A DNA stretch of 64,000 nt. Source: a virus. Made by a program: the position numbers and the translations under genes. The first letter of the stretch is position 1. Every line of letters starts with the position of its first letter. The DNA lies in the IMG/VR virus record IMGVR_UViG_3300025789_001553, positions 18,477 through 82,476 of that record. One strand, 5' to 3'. Of this stretch, positions 1-9,721 are shown one piece after another. Below the pieces are notes generated by a model. That model was not told where the DNA came from. It was given only the letters and a program-made list of their open reading frames with translations, and searched no databases.

Positions 1-1
1 A

Positions 2-1066
2 ATGGAGACACCAGGTGGTATGAAACGTGCAGTGAGTTTTGCTGCAGACCATCAAGGTTGTGGTTTCTGGCGTATGCATTGGCCTGAATCAGTTATTAAT
101 GCACATCAATTAGGTATTATTAATAACAATAACTTTATGATTTTACAGGAGAACTTCTATCAAGGTATTTCTTCTGTAAGAATACAAAGACAAGTTACCC
201 CCACTCAATTACAATTTGTAAAGTTCTTAAAGAGTATTTCAGAAAAAACTAATAATTTTAAGATATATTATGAAATTGACGATGTAATATTTCCTGAAGA
301 TATTCCTTTATATAATAAGGCTCGTGAAGCATTTGTTGATCCAAGTATTGGTAAAACCGCTATCGAGATAATGCAGCTATGTGATGGCATTACTGCTCCA
401 ACTGAGTATATGGCTAAGTATTATCAGGAGAAGTCAGGTGTACCTGGTATTGTATTGCCTAACTATATGCCGAAGTTCTGGATGGATAGGTTTTATAATA
501 AGACTAAGATATCAGAAAATTACGAAACCAACAAGCGCCGACCACGTATTGGTTATATCGGTAGCCCTACACATTTTAATGTTGCAGGGGTGCCTGGAAT
601 TAAAGACGATTTCGGTGATATATTGGATGTCATTAAGAAAACAGTCAAGCAGTTTAAATGGGTATTAATGGGCGGTTGCCCACAAGAGCTTGCAGACTAT
701 GTACGTAGTGGTGATATAGAGTATATTGGTTGGACGAAACTCTGGGATTATCCCTATGCATTCAATGCTTTAAACGTTAATATGGTAATAGCTCCATTAC
801 AGAATAATAGGTTTAATTTAGCTAAAGCCAATATTAAACACATTGAAGCTGGTGCATTAGGTATACCTTGTGTTTGTCAAAACTTAGAACCATATAAAAA
901 CGCTCCATTGAGATTTGATACAGCAGATGAAATGGTAAGTGTTATCAAGAAAACATTAAGTGATCGCCGTACATATCTAACCGAATCGGATATTGCTCGT
1001 AAAAATGCTACAAAATATTGGTTAGAAGACCATATAGATGAGTATTGCAAAGTATATTTCTCTTGA
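2..1066 (+). CDS. GT-B fold (GT4-like) glycosyltransferase; may be 5'-truncated by the window edge
   Basis: GCGFWRMHWP N-terminus, YEIDD, RIGYIGSPTH, IAPLQNNRFNLAKANIKHIEAGALGIP typical of phage GT4-like enzymes. Confidence 0.7.
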   Translation: METPGGMKRAVSFAADHQGCGFWRMHWPESVINAHQLGIINNNNFMILQENFYQGISSVRIQRQVTPTQLQFVKFLKSISEKTNNFKIYYEIDDVIFPEDIPLYNKAREAFVDPSIGKTAIEIMQLCDGITAPTEYMAKYYQEKSGVPGIVLPNYMPKFWMDRFYNKTKISENYETNKRRPRIGYIGSPTHFNVAGVPGIKDDFGDILDVIKKTVKQFKWVLMGGCPQELADYVRSGDIEYIGWTKLWDYPYAFNALNVNMVIAPLQNNRFNLAKANIKHIEAGALGIPCVCQNLEPYKNAPLRFDTADEMVSVIKKTLSDRRTYLTESDIARKNATKYWLEDHIDEYCKVYFS

Positions 1067-1098
1067 TATTTTTGTGGAAGGTCACATAATAATGACCT
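1063..1098 (+). promoter_or_regulatory. sigma70-like promoter (TTGATA-N16-CATAAT) with inverted repeat AGGTCA-N8-TGACCT abutting the polymerase start codon
   Basis: Motifs read directly; 6-bp perfect inverted repeat at 1079-1098. Confidence 0.4.
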
Positions 1099-3663
1099 GT
1101 GTATCGTAACATTTATTACAGTCAACGAGATAGTATGTGTCATCTCTTTACGTGGGATGAGAATGGTAAGCGTGTAATCAAAAAAACACCTTATCAGCCT
1201 TATTTTTATGTAGAGACAAATGCTGAAACAGCTGATGCTTTATCTATCTTTAATACTAAGTTAAAGAAAAAAGTATTTAAGAGTAACTTTGATCGTAATA
1301 AAGCTGCACAAGACGGCGCCATTAAACGTCTATATCACAATATTCAGGTAGAGCAACAATTTCTTATTGAGCAGTTTAAAGACGAATACGAAAAACCTGA
1401 GTTTTCTGCTAACCCATTAAAGGTTTGCTTTCTTGATATCGAAGTTTATTCACCGGATGAGTTCCCTGAAGCTAAGGATGCAAAGCATCCTATCAATCTG
1501 TTAACTATATATGATAACCTTTCTGAACACTTTTATACCTGGGGTTGTAAGCCTTATACTCCGACTCGTGATAACGTTATATACACTCAATGCACAAGTG
1601 AATATAACCTTTTAGAAAAGTTTTTAGAGTTCTGGGAAAGCGGTTATTACCCTGATATACTATCAGGGTGGAATACAGACTTTTTCGACTTCCCTTATTT
1701 AATTAACCGTATTAATAACTTATTAGGAGAAGACGCAGCTAAGAGGTTATCCCCAGTAAAAAGTCTTTGGTGTCGTAAAGGTATCTTTGTTAAAGGTCAA
1801 GAGTTAGATCGTTGGTATATTCATGGTATATCTGCAATGGATTATCTCGAAGTGTACAGAGGTTTTGCTCGCGGTTTGTTAGAGTCGTATGCACTAAACT
1901 TTGTGGCACAACACGAATTAGGTGAAGGTAAATTAGCTATCAACGCTACCAACTTAGCTTCTCTATCTGAAAACGACTGGAATAACTTTGTAGATTATAA
2001 TATTCAAGACGTTGACCTGTTAGTACGAATGGAAAAGAAACTGCAATTCTTTAAGATTATTCGTATGTTAGCTTACAAAGGACTAACCTCGTTTGAAGCA
2101 GCTTTAGGTAAAGTTTCTATTGTTACCGGGTGCGTTGCACTACAAGCATATAAACACGGTATGGTTATACCAACATTCGTTGAAGGACCTCTACGCGAGG
2201 AAATTCAGGGTGGTTTCGTAAGAGAACCAGAAAGAGGCCTACAAAAGTCTATAGTAAGTTATGACGCTAACTCACTATACCCTAATACCATTATTACCTT
2301 GAATATATCCCCGGAGACTAAGTTCGGTAAAATAGTTAGTAAGAGTGATACTGAAGTGGTTATTCGTTACGGTAATAACAAAGAGCAGCCACTATCGCAT
2401 GAAAAGTTTATACAGTTTATGCAGGTTGAAAAACTTGCTCTATCTAAAGCAAATGTACTATACACGCAAAAGAAAAAAGGTGTGGTGCCTGCATTAATTG
2501 ATGGGCTGTATAAAGAGCGTGTAACCAATAAAAATCAGTACGTCGAATTTAAAAAGAAACTAAGTAAGTTAACTACAGATACAGATGAGTACAAAACGTG
2601 TAAGTTTAATATGGAACGAGCTGACACCATTCAGCACGTTATCAAAATTCTTCTTAACTCCATTTACGGTGTTTTTGCTAATAAGTTTAGCCCTATTTGC
2701 GATAGTGATCACGCCGGTAGCATTACTCTTACTGGTCAGTCAGTGGTTAAGCAAGCAAGTGATATCATTGATCAATACGCTAAGGAAAGGTTTGGCTACA
2801 CTGGTAAATCGTTAACTATATATAACGATACGGATAGTACTCACGTTACTATTCAACCTTTATTAGATCAAATGAAGTTAAACATATTAACTGAAAACAA
2901 GGTTAATAAAGAAGGTTTAAAGTTCATTGATGACGAATTAGGTGTATATCTTAACGAACATATTAAACAATGGGCTAAAGATAAACTCAACTCAATAGAC
3001 CCACGCTATTTCTTCAAACGTGAATCTATCTGTGATGTAGGAGTATACCTTGAAAAGAAACGCTACATTATACATGTATTAAATGACGAAGGTGCAGATG
3101 TTAGTAAGTTTAAATATGTTGGTGTTGAAATTGCACGTTCTACTACCCCTAAGAAAGCTAAAGAACTAATTAAAAAGGTTATTGAGAATAGCTTATTAGT
3201 ACAAGATCAAAATAAAGCAAACACTATTTATAGAGACGTTTATGATGGGTTTAAATCATTATCTATTGACGATGTAGCTATTAGAGGTGGTTTAAGTGAT
3301 TTAGAAAAACATGAAGTACGTTCAGAAGGGTTTAAAATAGCTAAAGGTACACCTAATCATGTCAAAGGAGCTATTTGGTATAACATGCTATTAAAACATA
3401 GAGGGTTAGAAACAAAGTACGAACGCATTACTTCAGGTGGTAAGGTAAAGAAGATTTATATTGCGCCTAACAGGTATAATATTGATACTCTTTGCTACCC
3501 TGTTAGTTTTCCACCAGAATTAAACGATTTTCAAGTTGATTATGAAGAAATGTTCGATACAATTATAGTACCTCCAGTAAAAGCAGTTTATGAAGCTCTT
3601 AACTGGCAGTTACCACAAGTAAACAATCAAGCACAAACAGACTTATTTGACCTATTCACATGA
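1099..3663 (+). CDS. Family B DNA polymerase (T4 gp43-like), GTG start
   Basis: Exo I FLDIE, Exo II GWNTDFFDFPY, Exo III YNIQD; polymerase motifs SYDANSLYP, KILLNSIYG, YNDTDS, KKRY. Confidence 0.97.
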   Translation: MYRNIYYSQRDSMCHLFTWDENGKRVIKKTPYQPYFYVETNAETADALSIFNTKLKKKVFKSNFDRNKAAQDGAIKRLYHNIQVEQQFLIEQFKDEYEKPEFSANPLKVCFLDIEVYSPDEFPEAKDAKHPINLLTIYDNLSEHFYTWGCKPYTPTRDNVIYTQCTSEYNLLEKFLEFWESGYYPDILSGWNTDFFDFPYLINRINNLLGEDAAKRLSPVKSLWCRKGIFVKGQELDRWYIHGISAMDYLEVYRGFARGLLESYALNFVAQHELGEGKLAINATNLASLSENDWNNFVDYNIQDVDLLVRMEKKLQFFKIIRMLAYKGLTSFEAALGKVSIVTGCVALQAYKHGMVIPTFVEGPLREEIQGGFVREPERGLQKSIVSYDANSLYPNTIITLNISPETKFGKIVSKSDTEVVIRYGNNKEQPLSHEKFIQFMQVEKLALSKANVLYTQKKKGVVPALIDGLYKERVTNKNQYVEFKKKLSKLTTDTDEYKTCKFNMERADTIQHVIKILLNSIYGVFANKFSPICDSDHAGSITLTGQSVVKQASDIIDQYAKERFGYTGKSLTIYNDTDSTHVTIQPLLDQMKLNILTENKVNKEGLKFIDDELGVYLNEHIKQWAKDKLNSIDPRYFFKRESICDVGVYLEKKRYIIHVLNDEGADVSKFKYVGVEIARSTTPKKAKELIKKVIENSLLVQDQNKANTIYRDVYDGFKSLSIDDVAIRGGLSDLEKHEVRSEGFKIAKGTPNHVKGAIWYNMLLKHRGLETKYERITSGGKVKKIYIAPNRYNIDTLCYPVSFPPELNDFQVDYEEMFDTIIVPPVKAVYEALNWQLPQVNNQAQTDLFDLFT

Positions 3664-4466
3664 TTAAAATATCTCACGAATCTCCTTTAAGTATGCTCGA
3701 GATCTCTCGTACATACAACGATTACTGCTACGCTTTAGTGCACCTCTTCGAAACTCACCCAGAATATTACAAGTTCTTTGAAGATAGTGTTAAAATGGGT
3801 AGACATGTCTTATTAGATAATTCTATCTTTGAATTAGGTGAATCTTTTAATCCTAAACGCTATGCTTATTGGATTCAAAGACTTAACCCTACAGAGTATA
3901 TCATACCAGACGTATTGGAGGATTGTAATGGTACAATTGAGTCTGCTAAGAAATGCTTATGGAGAGAATGGGACTTTGTTAACGATTCTAAAACTATCGG
4001 CGTGGTACAAGGTAAAACTTATGCTGAATTAGTTAAATGTTATGTAACTTTAGATCAAGAAATTGATGTAGATAAGTTAGCTATTTCATTTGACTATTCT
4101 TATTATCTCAAACTATTTCCGCACCCTAACAAATGGGTATCTTATATGATGGGTAGAGTAATGACTCTTAATCAATTAATGAATGATGGTATTATTAATA
4201 AAGATAAAACTCATCATTTATTAGGCTGTGCACACCCAAGAGAATTTAGTTTTTATCAAGGACCTGAATATAATTGGATTGAAACATTAGATACATCATC
4301 TCCTATTGTTCACGGTATTAAAAGAGTAAGATACTCTAATGCTATTGGTAACTGGAAAAAGGAGTCTACTAAGCTTGTAGATCTTTTAGATGTAATACCG
4401 GATGCAATGCAAGAAAAAATCATTGCAAATAATTTAATTGAGTTTAGAAACTACGTTAATGGATGA
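3660..4466 (+). CDS. dpdA: TGT-like (DpdA-family) 7-deazaguanine transglycosylase
   Basis: TGT-barrel motifs LLDNSIFE, IPDVL, GVVQG, HHLLG, LDTSSP; neighbours queF, folE and a formyltransferase. Confidence 0.7.
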   Translation: MIKISHESPLSMLEISRTYNDYCYALVHLFETHPEYYKFFEDSVKMGRHVLLDNSIFELGESFNPKRYAYWIQRLNPTEYIIPDVLEDCNGTIESAKKCLWREWDFVNDSKTIGVVQGKTYAELVKCYVTLDQEIDVDKLAISFDYSYYLKLFPHPNKWVSYMMGRVMTLNQLMNDGIINKDKTHHLLGCAHPREFSFYQGPEYNWIETLDTSSPIVHGIKRVRYSNAIGNWKKESTKLVDLLDVIPDAMQEKIIANNLIEFRNYVNG

Positions 4467-4693
4467 CAACGTTAGAAGCTATAACTAATTCCGTCCATGC
4501 TAATTATCCCCACCTCCTGGCAAATAATATTTCTATTAGGGATTATTGTTTTTGGGATTGTATTCGTAATTGTGAAATCCCTGTAAGAGAGTTAACCGAA
4601 GTTAAACCTTACCTAATAAAACACGGTATTATTGACTTTACACTTGTAATTTTCTTTAGTGATAATACAATAGGTTATCGCTTAAAAATATGA
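4463..4693 (+). CDS. Hypothetical protein
   Basis: ORF coupled by ATGA overlaps on both sides. Confidence 0.6.
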   Translation: MTTLEAITNSVHANYPHLLANNISIRDYCFWDCIRNCEIPVRELTEVKPYLIKHGIIDFTLVIFFSDNTIGYRLKI

Positions 4694-5268
4694 AACGTAC
4701 CCTAATATGGAAAACCTTTTTCTCTCAGAGCGGATCTGAGATATACGAGATATCTAAAAATATTGGTAGGTTTCCGGATGCAATCATAACTAATAAAAGC
4801 TTCGAAGACATGGATAAGATTAATCCTGATCTCTTAGAAAAGTGTTTTGATCGTTTTATTTTCTTACCTAAGAAACCAACAGTAGAAGAATATAGAGAAG
4901 CTATAAGGAACGCTGATATAATTACCCTTCACGGCTATCTTCGTATATTACCGCCACAGATCTGCGGTAGGTTCAAGATATACAACGGACATCCAGGTCT
5001 TATAACTAAGTTTCCTGAACTAAAAGGTAAAGACCCACAAGCTAAAGTATGGTATAAACATTTTGAAAAACCTTATAAACTACACGGGCACGTTATTCAC
5101 GAAGTTATACCAGAAGTAGATGCTGGTAGAGTGATATCCGAAAAAGAGTTCTTTAGTAACAATATCTATAACGAGTTTAACAGTTTAAACGAATATATTG
5201 GTAGACTACATAAATTAGCAATCGAAAATTGGGTTGGCTTTATGCGCAAAAGCCTATTAAATAAATAA
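4690..5268 (+). CDS. PurN-like formyltransferase (DpdN-like, probable preQ1 formyltransferase)
   Basis: FSQSGSE, LHGYLRILP, YNGHPGL..FPELKGKDP, HEVIPEVDAGRVI match the GAR transformylase N-x-H-P and D-x-G motifs; lies in the deazaguanine cluster. Confidence 0.8.
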   Translation: MKRTLIWKTFFSQSGSEIYEISKNIGRFPDAIITNKSFEDMDKINPDLLEKCFDRFIFLPKKPTVEEYREAIRNADIITLHGYLRILPPQICGRFKIYNGHPGLITKFPELKGKDPQAKVWYKHFEKPYKLHGHVIHEVIPEVDAGRVISEKEFFSNNIYNEFNSLNEYIGRLHKLAIENWVGFMRKSLLNK

Positions 5269-5271
5269 CTT

Positions 5272-5850
5272 ATGAGATCAAATTATAAAGCTGCAATCTG
5301 TGGTGCTCATTCACAAGGCAAAACTACTTTGGTTAAAGCTCTAAAAGAGAATGCTAATCTTACAAGTGATTATCATTTTAGTTTTAGAACTAATTTAACA
5401 AGAGGTTTAAAAGATCTTAATGTACCTATTAATGAAGGTGGTACCTCTTTAACTCAATATCTGGTAATGTCTCGTCATTTAGAGTATGGTTTAACTCCAG
5501 GTAACTGGATCTTAGATAGAGGTGCTTTAGATGGGATTGCATATACAACTTATTTTTATGAAAAAGGACAAGTACATAAAGATGTTTATCAAGCTGCTTT
5601 AGTTGTATACGAAGAAATGTTAAGGACTTATGATAAGATTTTTTATGTTGTACCTGAACTTAGTATCAAAGAAGACGGAGAAAGAAGTACAGGTAAAGAG
5701 TTTTTTGATGGTGTTGTAAATCAATTTGATTTTTATCTTAAACATCATTCAATGCCTGCTGATAAACTTGTTTATGTAATGGGATCATTAGAAGACAGAA
5801 CTAAAATTGTAATTGATAATATAAAGAAAGATTTTACCAATGAGTTATAA
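5272..5850 (+). CDS. P-loop nucleoside/nucleotide monophosphate kinase (NadR/AAA_28/dNMP-kinase-like)
   Basis: Walker A GAHSQGKTT, ILDRGALD, YDKIFYV, EDGER lid. Confidence 0.75.
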   Translation: MRSNYKAAICGAHSQGKTTLVKALKENANLTSDYHFSFRTNLTRGLKDLNVPINEGGTSLTQYLVMSRHLEYGLTPGNWILDRGALDGIAYTTYFYEKGQVHKDVYQAALVVYEEMLRTYDKIFYVVPELSIKEDGERSTGKEFFDGVVNQFDFYLKHHSMPADKLVYVMGSLEDRTKIVIDNIKKDFTNEL

Positions 5851-6760
5851 TACTAATAATATTGACAAAGTACTTGGTCAGAGAGTTGATTCTCCTACCA
5901 CCTACACGCCTGAGATTTTAGTGCGTGAAGAACGCCAACGTAATCGTACCTATTTAGGTTTACAGAACGATTCTTTACCATTCGTAGGTTACGATATTTG
6001 GAACGGTTATGAATGTAGTGCATTAACAGATAATGGTTTACCAGTTACATGCGTAGCTAAGGTAATTTATTCTGCTACTAATGATTTCATTGTTGAATCT
6101 AAATCAATGAAGCTTTACTGGAACTCATTTAACATGCAAAAGATGGGTAAGAATACTAAAGAAGTACTTAAGAACATTAAGCAAACAGCTTCTAAGGACT
6201 TATCTCTATTATTAGAAACTGATGTTAAAGTAGAGCTATTTCCACAAATTATAGATATTACTACTGAAGAAGCGCGTAATGTTTGGCTCGGAGATTATAA
6301 TCCGCAGTCATGGTTAGCTCTCGAAAAGATTAAAAGTGCTGAAAAGGTTAAATTTACAGTGTTTAACGAGAATGCTGATCTTTTAGTTGCAAACGACGCT
6401 GAAGTGTCTAAACCTCATTTCTATATGAGTACTTTATTACGTTCTAACTGTAAGATTACTAAGCAGCCAGATTCTGGTGATATCTTTATTTATTATAAAG
6501 GTGATAAAGAAGTAACAGAACAATCCTTATTAGAGTGGATCGTATCATTCCGTAATGAATGTCATTTCCATGAAGAAATATGTGAAGCTGCTTATAAACG
6601 TTTATGGGACTTGTTACAACCAGAAGAGCTTATGGTGACTTGTTTCTATGCTCGTCGTGGTGGTTGGGATATTGTTCCTACTCGCGCATCAAATAAAAAA
6701 TTACTTGATCAAAATCTTATCAACATAAAGTTCCCGTACTTTAAATTTCCTCGTCAATAA
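5840..6760 (+). CDS. queF: NADPH-dependent preQ0 reductase QueF (bimodular type)
   Basis: IVESKSMKLYWNSF QueF motif, catalytic RSNC..TKQPD, FHEEICE, YARRGG. Confidence 0.93.
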   Translation: MSYNTNNIDKVLGQRVDSPTTYTPEILVREERQRNRTYLGLQNDSLPFVGYDIWNGYECSALTDNGLPVTCVAKVIYSATNDFIVESKSMKLYWNSFNMQKMGKNTKEVLKNIKQTASKDLSLLLETDVKVELFPQIIDITTEEARNVWLGDYNPQSWLALEKIKSAEKVKFTVFNENADLLVANDAEVSKPHFYMSTLLRSNCKITKQPDSGDIFIYYKGDKEVTEQSLLEWIVSFRNECHFHEEICEAAYKRLWDLLQPEELMVTCFYARRGGWDIVPTRASNKKLLDQNLINIKFPYFKFPRQ

Positions 6761-6796
6761 ACTTGATTATAATAAAAACTATATTAATATAACTAT

Positions 6797-7147
6797 ATGA
6801 ACCCAGATCAAATCATTGTATTCCTTGATAACATACAACGCACTATTGTTGCTACATACGTAAGCGATGATAAAAATAGTATCGTTGTTAGTAAACCTGC
6901 AATCTTGAATGTTACACCTTCTCAAGATAAAAAACTACAAGTACAACTCTATCCTTTAATGTTTAGAGAATTTTTTGCAGATCGTGACGTATTCCCAACC
7001 TGGACATACAGTAAATCCCAGATCGTTTTAGCAGGTAATTTAAACCTTGAAGCAAATCTTACAGCACAGTATGTAGAGATGTTTAAGATTACTAAAAACG
7101 AACCTGCTCCAACTATTAAGCTATTTGACGCAGACGATAATAGCTAA
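6797..7147 (+). CDS. Hypothetical protein
   Basis: Clean ORF preceded by TTGATT-N16-TAATAT. Confidence 0.65.
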   Translation: MNPDQIIVFLDNIQRTIVATYVSDDKNSIVVSKPAILNVTPSQDKKLQVQLYPLMFREFFADRDVFPTWTYSKSQIVLAGNLNLEANLTAQYVEMFKITKNEPAPTIKLFDADDNS

Positions 7148-7155
7148 TACAAAAT

Positions 7156-8307
7156 ATGGCACGTAAACAAACAACTGCGGAGTCTAAGACTACTGAAACT
7201 AAGGCTTCGTCATTAAAAGACATTTTTGAGGCGGTCGATGCATTGAATACAGATGCATCGATGCTCTCTGAAGATAATTCTTTATCTATTGTAGGTGACT
7301 GGATTGATACCGGCTCTTATGCACTTAATGCTATCTTTTCTGGATCTCTTTACAAGGGTATTCCTGTTGGTAGGGTTACTGGTTTTTCCGGTCCTTCCGG
7401 AGCGGGTAAGACGCTTATTGTTAATAAGATCATTGCGAACGCTCAAAAGAAAGGCTACTTTGCTGCAGTATGGGATACAGAAGCAGCAGTAGATAGGCAA
7501 TCTGCTGAAGGCGTTGGTGTTGATCCTAAGCGCTTAAAGTACTATCCAGTAGAAACAGTAGAAGATTGTCGTAACCAAATCGCTACATTCTTAGACAAGA
7601 TTATTGCAGCTAATGACCCTAACTTAAAGGTTATTATTGCTATTGATAGTCTCGGTAACTTAGCAAGTGCTAAAGAGCTTCGTGACGTTACAGAAGGTAA
7701 GGATGCAGCAGATATGGGTACTAAGGCTAAAGCAATGAAGTCTATGATGCGTGCTTTAACCTTTAAGGCAGCTAAAGCTCGTGTGCCTATTCTGTTTACT
7801 AATCACATTTATGACAACCCTACTTCACTCTATCCTGAATTGGTTAAGCGCCAATCCGGTGGCTCTGGCCCTATTTATCTTGCTTCTTTGTTGGTTCAGC
7901 TTGCGACTCGAAACGAAAAGATTGACAAAAACGAAGGAGAAGAAGCAATAGCAGTAGCTCACAACGTAAGCGGTGTTACTCTGTCAGCAATGACAGTAAA
8001 GAACCGTTTTGCACCTCCTTTCTTAAAAGCTGAGCTTTATAACAACTTCCGTACCGGGTTAAGTCGTTATGCAGGTTTAGCTGACATGGCTATTGCGTTT
8101 GGAGTAATTCAGCAAACTGGTTCTACGTTTCAGTTCAATGGAGAAAAGATCGGTTATAGAAAGACTTGGGAAAATGACACTGAGTTTTGGGATACTAAAG
8201 TTATACCTCTATTAGAAGAGACCTTAAAAGAAAAGGTTCGATATGGTGGGGCTCTCGATCAGATACCTGATTCAGAGCCGGTAGAAAAAACTGAATCATC
8301 AGAATAA
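7156..8307 (+). CDS. uvsX: UvsX/RecA-like recombinase
   Basis: IDTGSYALN, Walker A GPSGAGKT, DTEAA, IAIDSLGNL, FTNHIY, SGGSG, KNRF. Confidence 0.93.
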   Translation: MARKQTTAESKTTETKASSLKDIFEAVDALNTDASMLSEDNSLSIVGDWIDTGSYALNAIFSGSLYKGIPVGRVTGFSGPSGAGKTLIVNKIIANAQKKGYFAAVWDTEAAVDRQSAEGVGVDPKRLKYYPVETVEDCRNQIATFLDKIIAANDPNLKVIIAIDSLGNLASAKELRDVTEGKDAADMGTKAKAMKSMMRALTFKAAKARVPILFTNHIYDNPTSLYPELVKRQSGGSGPIYLASLLVQLATRNEKIDKNEGEEAIAVAHNVSGVTLSAMTVKNRFAPPFLKAELYNNFRTGLSRYAGLADMAIAFGVIQQTGSTFQFNGEKIGYRKTWENDTEFWDTKVIPLLEETLKEKVRYGGALDQIPDSEPVEKTESSE

Positions 8308-8309
8308 AC

Positions 8310-8340
8310 AAAAAAGCTAAGGGAAACCTTAGCTTTTTTT
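8310..8340 (+). terminator. Rho-independent terminator
   Basis: AAAAAAGCTAAGG-GAAA-CCTTAGCTTTTTTT. Confidence 0.85.
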
Positions 8341-8363
8341 ATTTTATATATTATAATAATAAA

Positions 8364-9707
8364 GTGAAGAATAAACTTCAAGTAAACGCAGAATATTTTG
8401 AAAACATTGTTGCACATCAATGTTTATTTAACTCTTACTATGTATCTTTAGTATTAGACCATTTATCACCGGAGAACTTTAAAAACGCTGGTAATAAACT
8501 TGTAGTGAGTATTGTCAAAGACTTTTACAATAAGCGTAAAGCACTACCTACTATTACCGAGATTAAAACCTATCTCAGTAAAGAAGAAGATCTAAAACTA
8601 TTTAAAGATACAGTTACTACCTACAAGCAATATGATACCACTCTTAATATGGATGAGCTTATTGCTAATACTGAGACGTTTTTTAAAGAAAAGAACGTTT
8701 ATAATACGGTACTGAAGATAGTAGATGATGTAACGAATGATAAAGCTGATTATGGTAAGTTCTTAAAGATGTTTGAAAAGGCGTGTAATGTAACGCTTAT
8801 TAACGACATTGGTTTAGATTTTTACGGTCAATATCAAAAAATTATTGATGAGCTTGGTACGCCTAATGAAACTATACCTACAGGTTGGAACTTCATCGAC
8901 GATAAAATTGGTGGTGGTTTAGCTAAAAGAGGTAGAGCTCTTTATCTATTCCTGGGACCAACTAATATTGGTAAATCTATCTTTTTAGGTAATATAGCTT
9001 CTAATATGGCAGAACGTGGTTTAACTACCGTTCTTATTTCATTAGAAATGCCTGAAATGATGTATGCTAAACGCATTAGTTCACATCTATCAAAAATACC
9101 TATTAAAGATATCCAGCAACAGATAAAACCATTAGAAACATATTTTCAAGAAGTATCAGTACAACGTAAGCAAAAGCTTATCATTAAGGAGTTCCCACCG
9201 AAATCCATTACTATAGGTGGTATTAGAGCCTATCTTGAGTCTTTAGTAAAGACCGGGATAAAACCGGATATACTCGTTATAGACTATCTTGGACTGATAA
9301 AGGCGAGTAGCGGTGATAACTCTTATGAACAAGGTAAAAATACTGCAGAAGAATTAAGAGCTCTTTCATATTTCTTTAGTATTCCTATAGTAAGTGCAAT
9401 TCAAACTAACCGTGAAGGTATGGAGAAACCAAGTCTGGATACCGTAAGCGAATCTTTAGGTGTAGCGTTTACAGCAGACGTTGTTTGGTCTATTCATCAA
9501 GATGAAGGTGATCAGGATTTAGGCATTATAAAAGTAGGTGGTATTAAAAATCGTGTAGGACCTAAACACGGAGCAACAGCTATGAGAATAGATTATAATA
9601 CTCTTTCGCTTTCTGAAGAAAAAGACTATATAGGACTTGCCAATAATAACAGCGATTCTGATGTTATGTCAAGCTTGGAAAGAAAGCTTGAAAATATGGC
9701 CAAGTAA
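8364..9707 (+). CDS. DnaB-like replicative helicase (T4 gp41-like)
   Basis: GPTNIGKS, ISLEM, VIDYLGL, SAIQTNR, SESLG..FTAD, KNR. Confidence 0.93.
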   Translation: MKNKLQVNAEYFENIVAHQCLFNSYYVSLVLDHLSPENFKNAGNKLVVSIVKDFYNKRKALPTITEIKTYLSKEEDLKLFKDTVTTYKQYDTTLNMDELIANTETFFKEKNVYNTVLKIVDDVTNDKADYGKFLKMFEKACNVTLINDIGLDFYGQYQKIIDELGTPNETIPTGWNFIDDKIGGGLAKRGRALYLFLGPTNIGKSIFLGNIASNMAERGLTTVLISLEMPEMMYAKRISSHLSKIPIKDIQQQIKPLETYFQEVSVQRKQKLIIKEFPPKSITIGGIRAYLESLVKTGIKPDILVIDYLGLIKASSGDNSYEQGKNTAEELRALSYFFSIPIVSAIQTNREGMEKPSLDTVSESLGVAFTADVVWSIHQDEGDQDLGIIKVGGIKNRVGPKHGATAMRIDYNTLSLSEEKDYIGLANNNSDSDVMSSLERKLENMAK

Positions 9708-9721
9708 GTTAAATAAGTCTT

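Noticed and set aside
4690-5268. purN as an auxiliary purine-synthesis gene
   Set aside because: Position between dpdA-like and queF genes and divergent N-terminus favour a base-modification role
1099-9707. Inteins or introns in polymerase, UvsX or helicase
   Set aside because: Normal lengths, contiguous motifs, no splice or homing-endonuclease signatures
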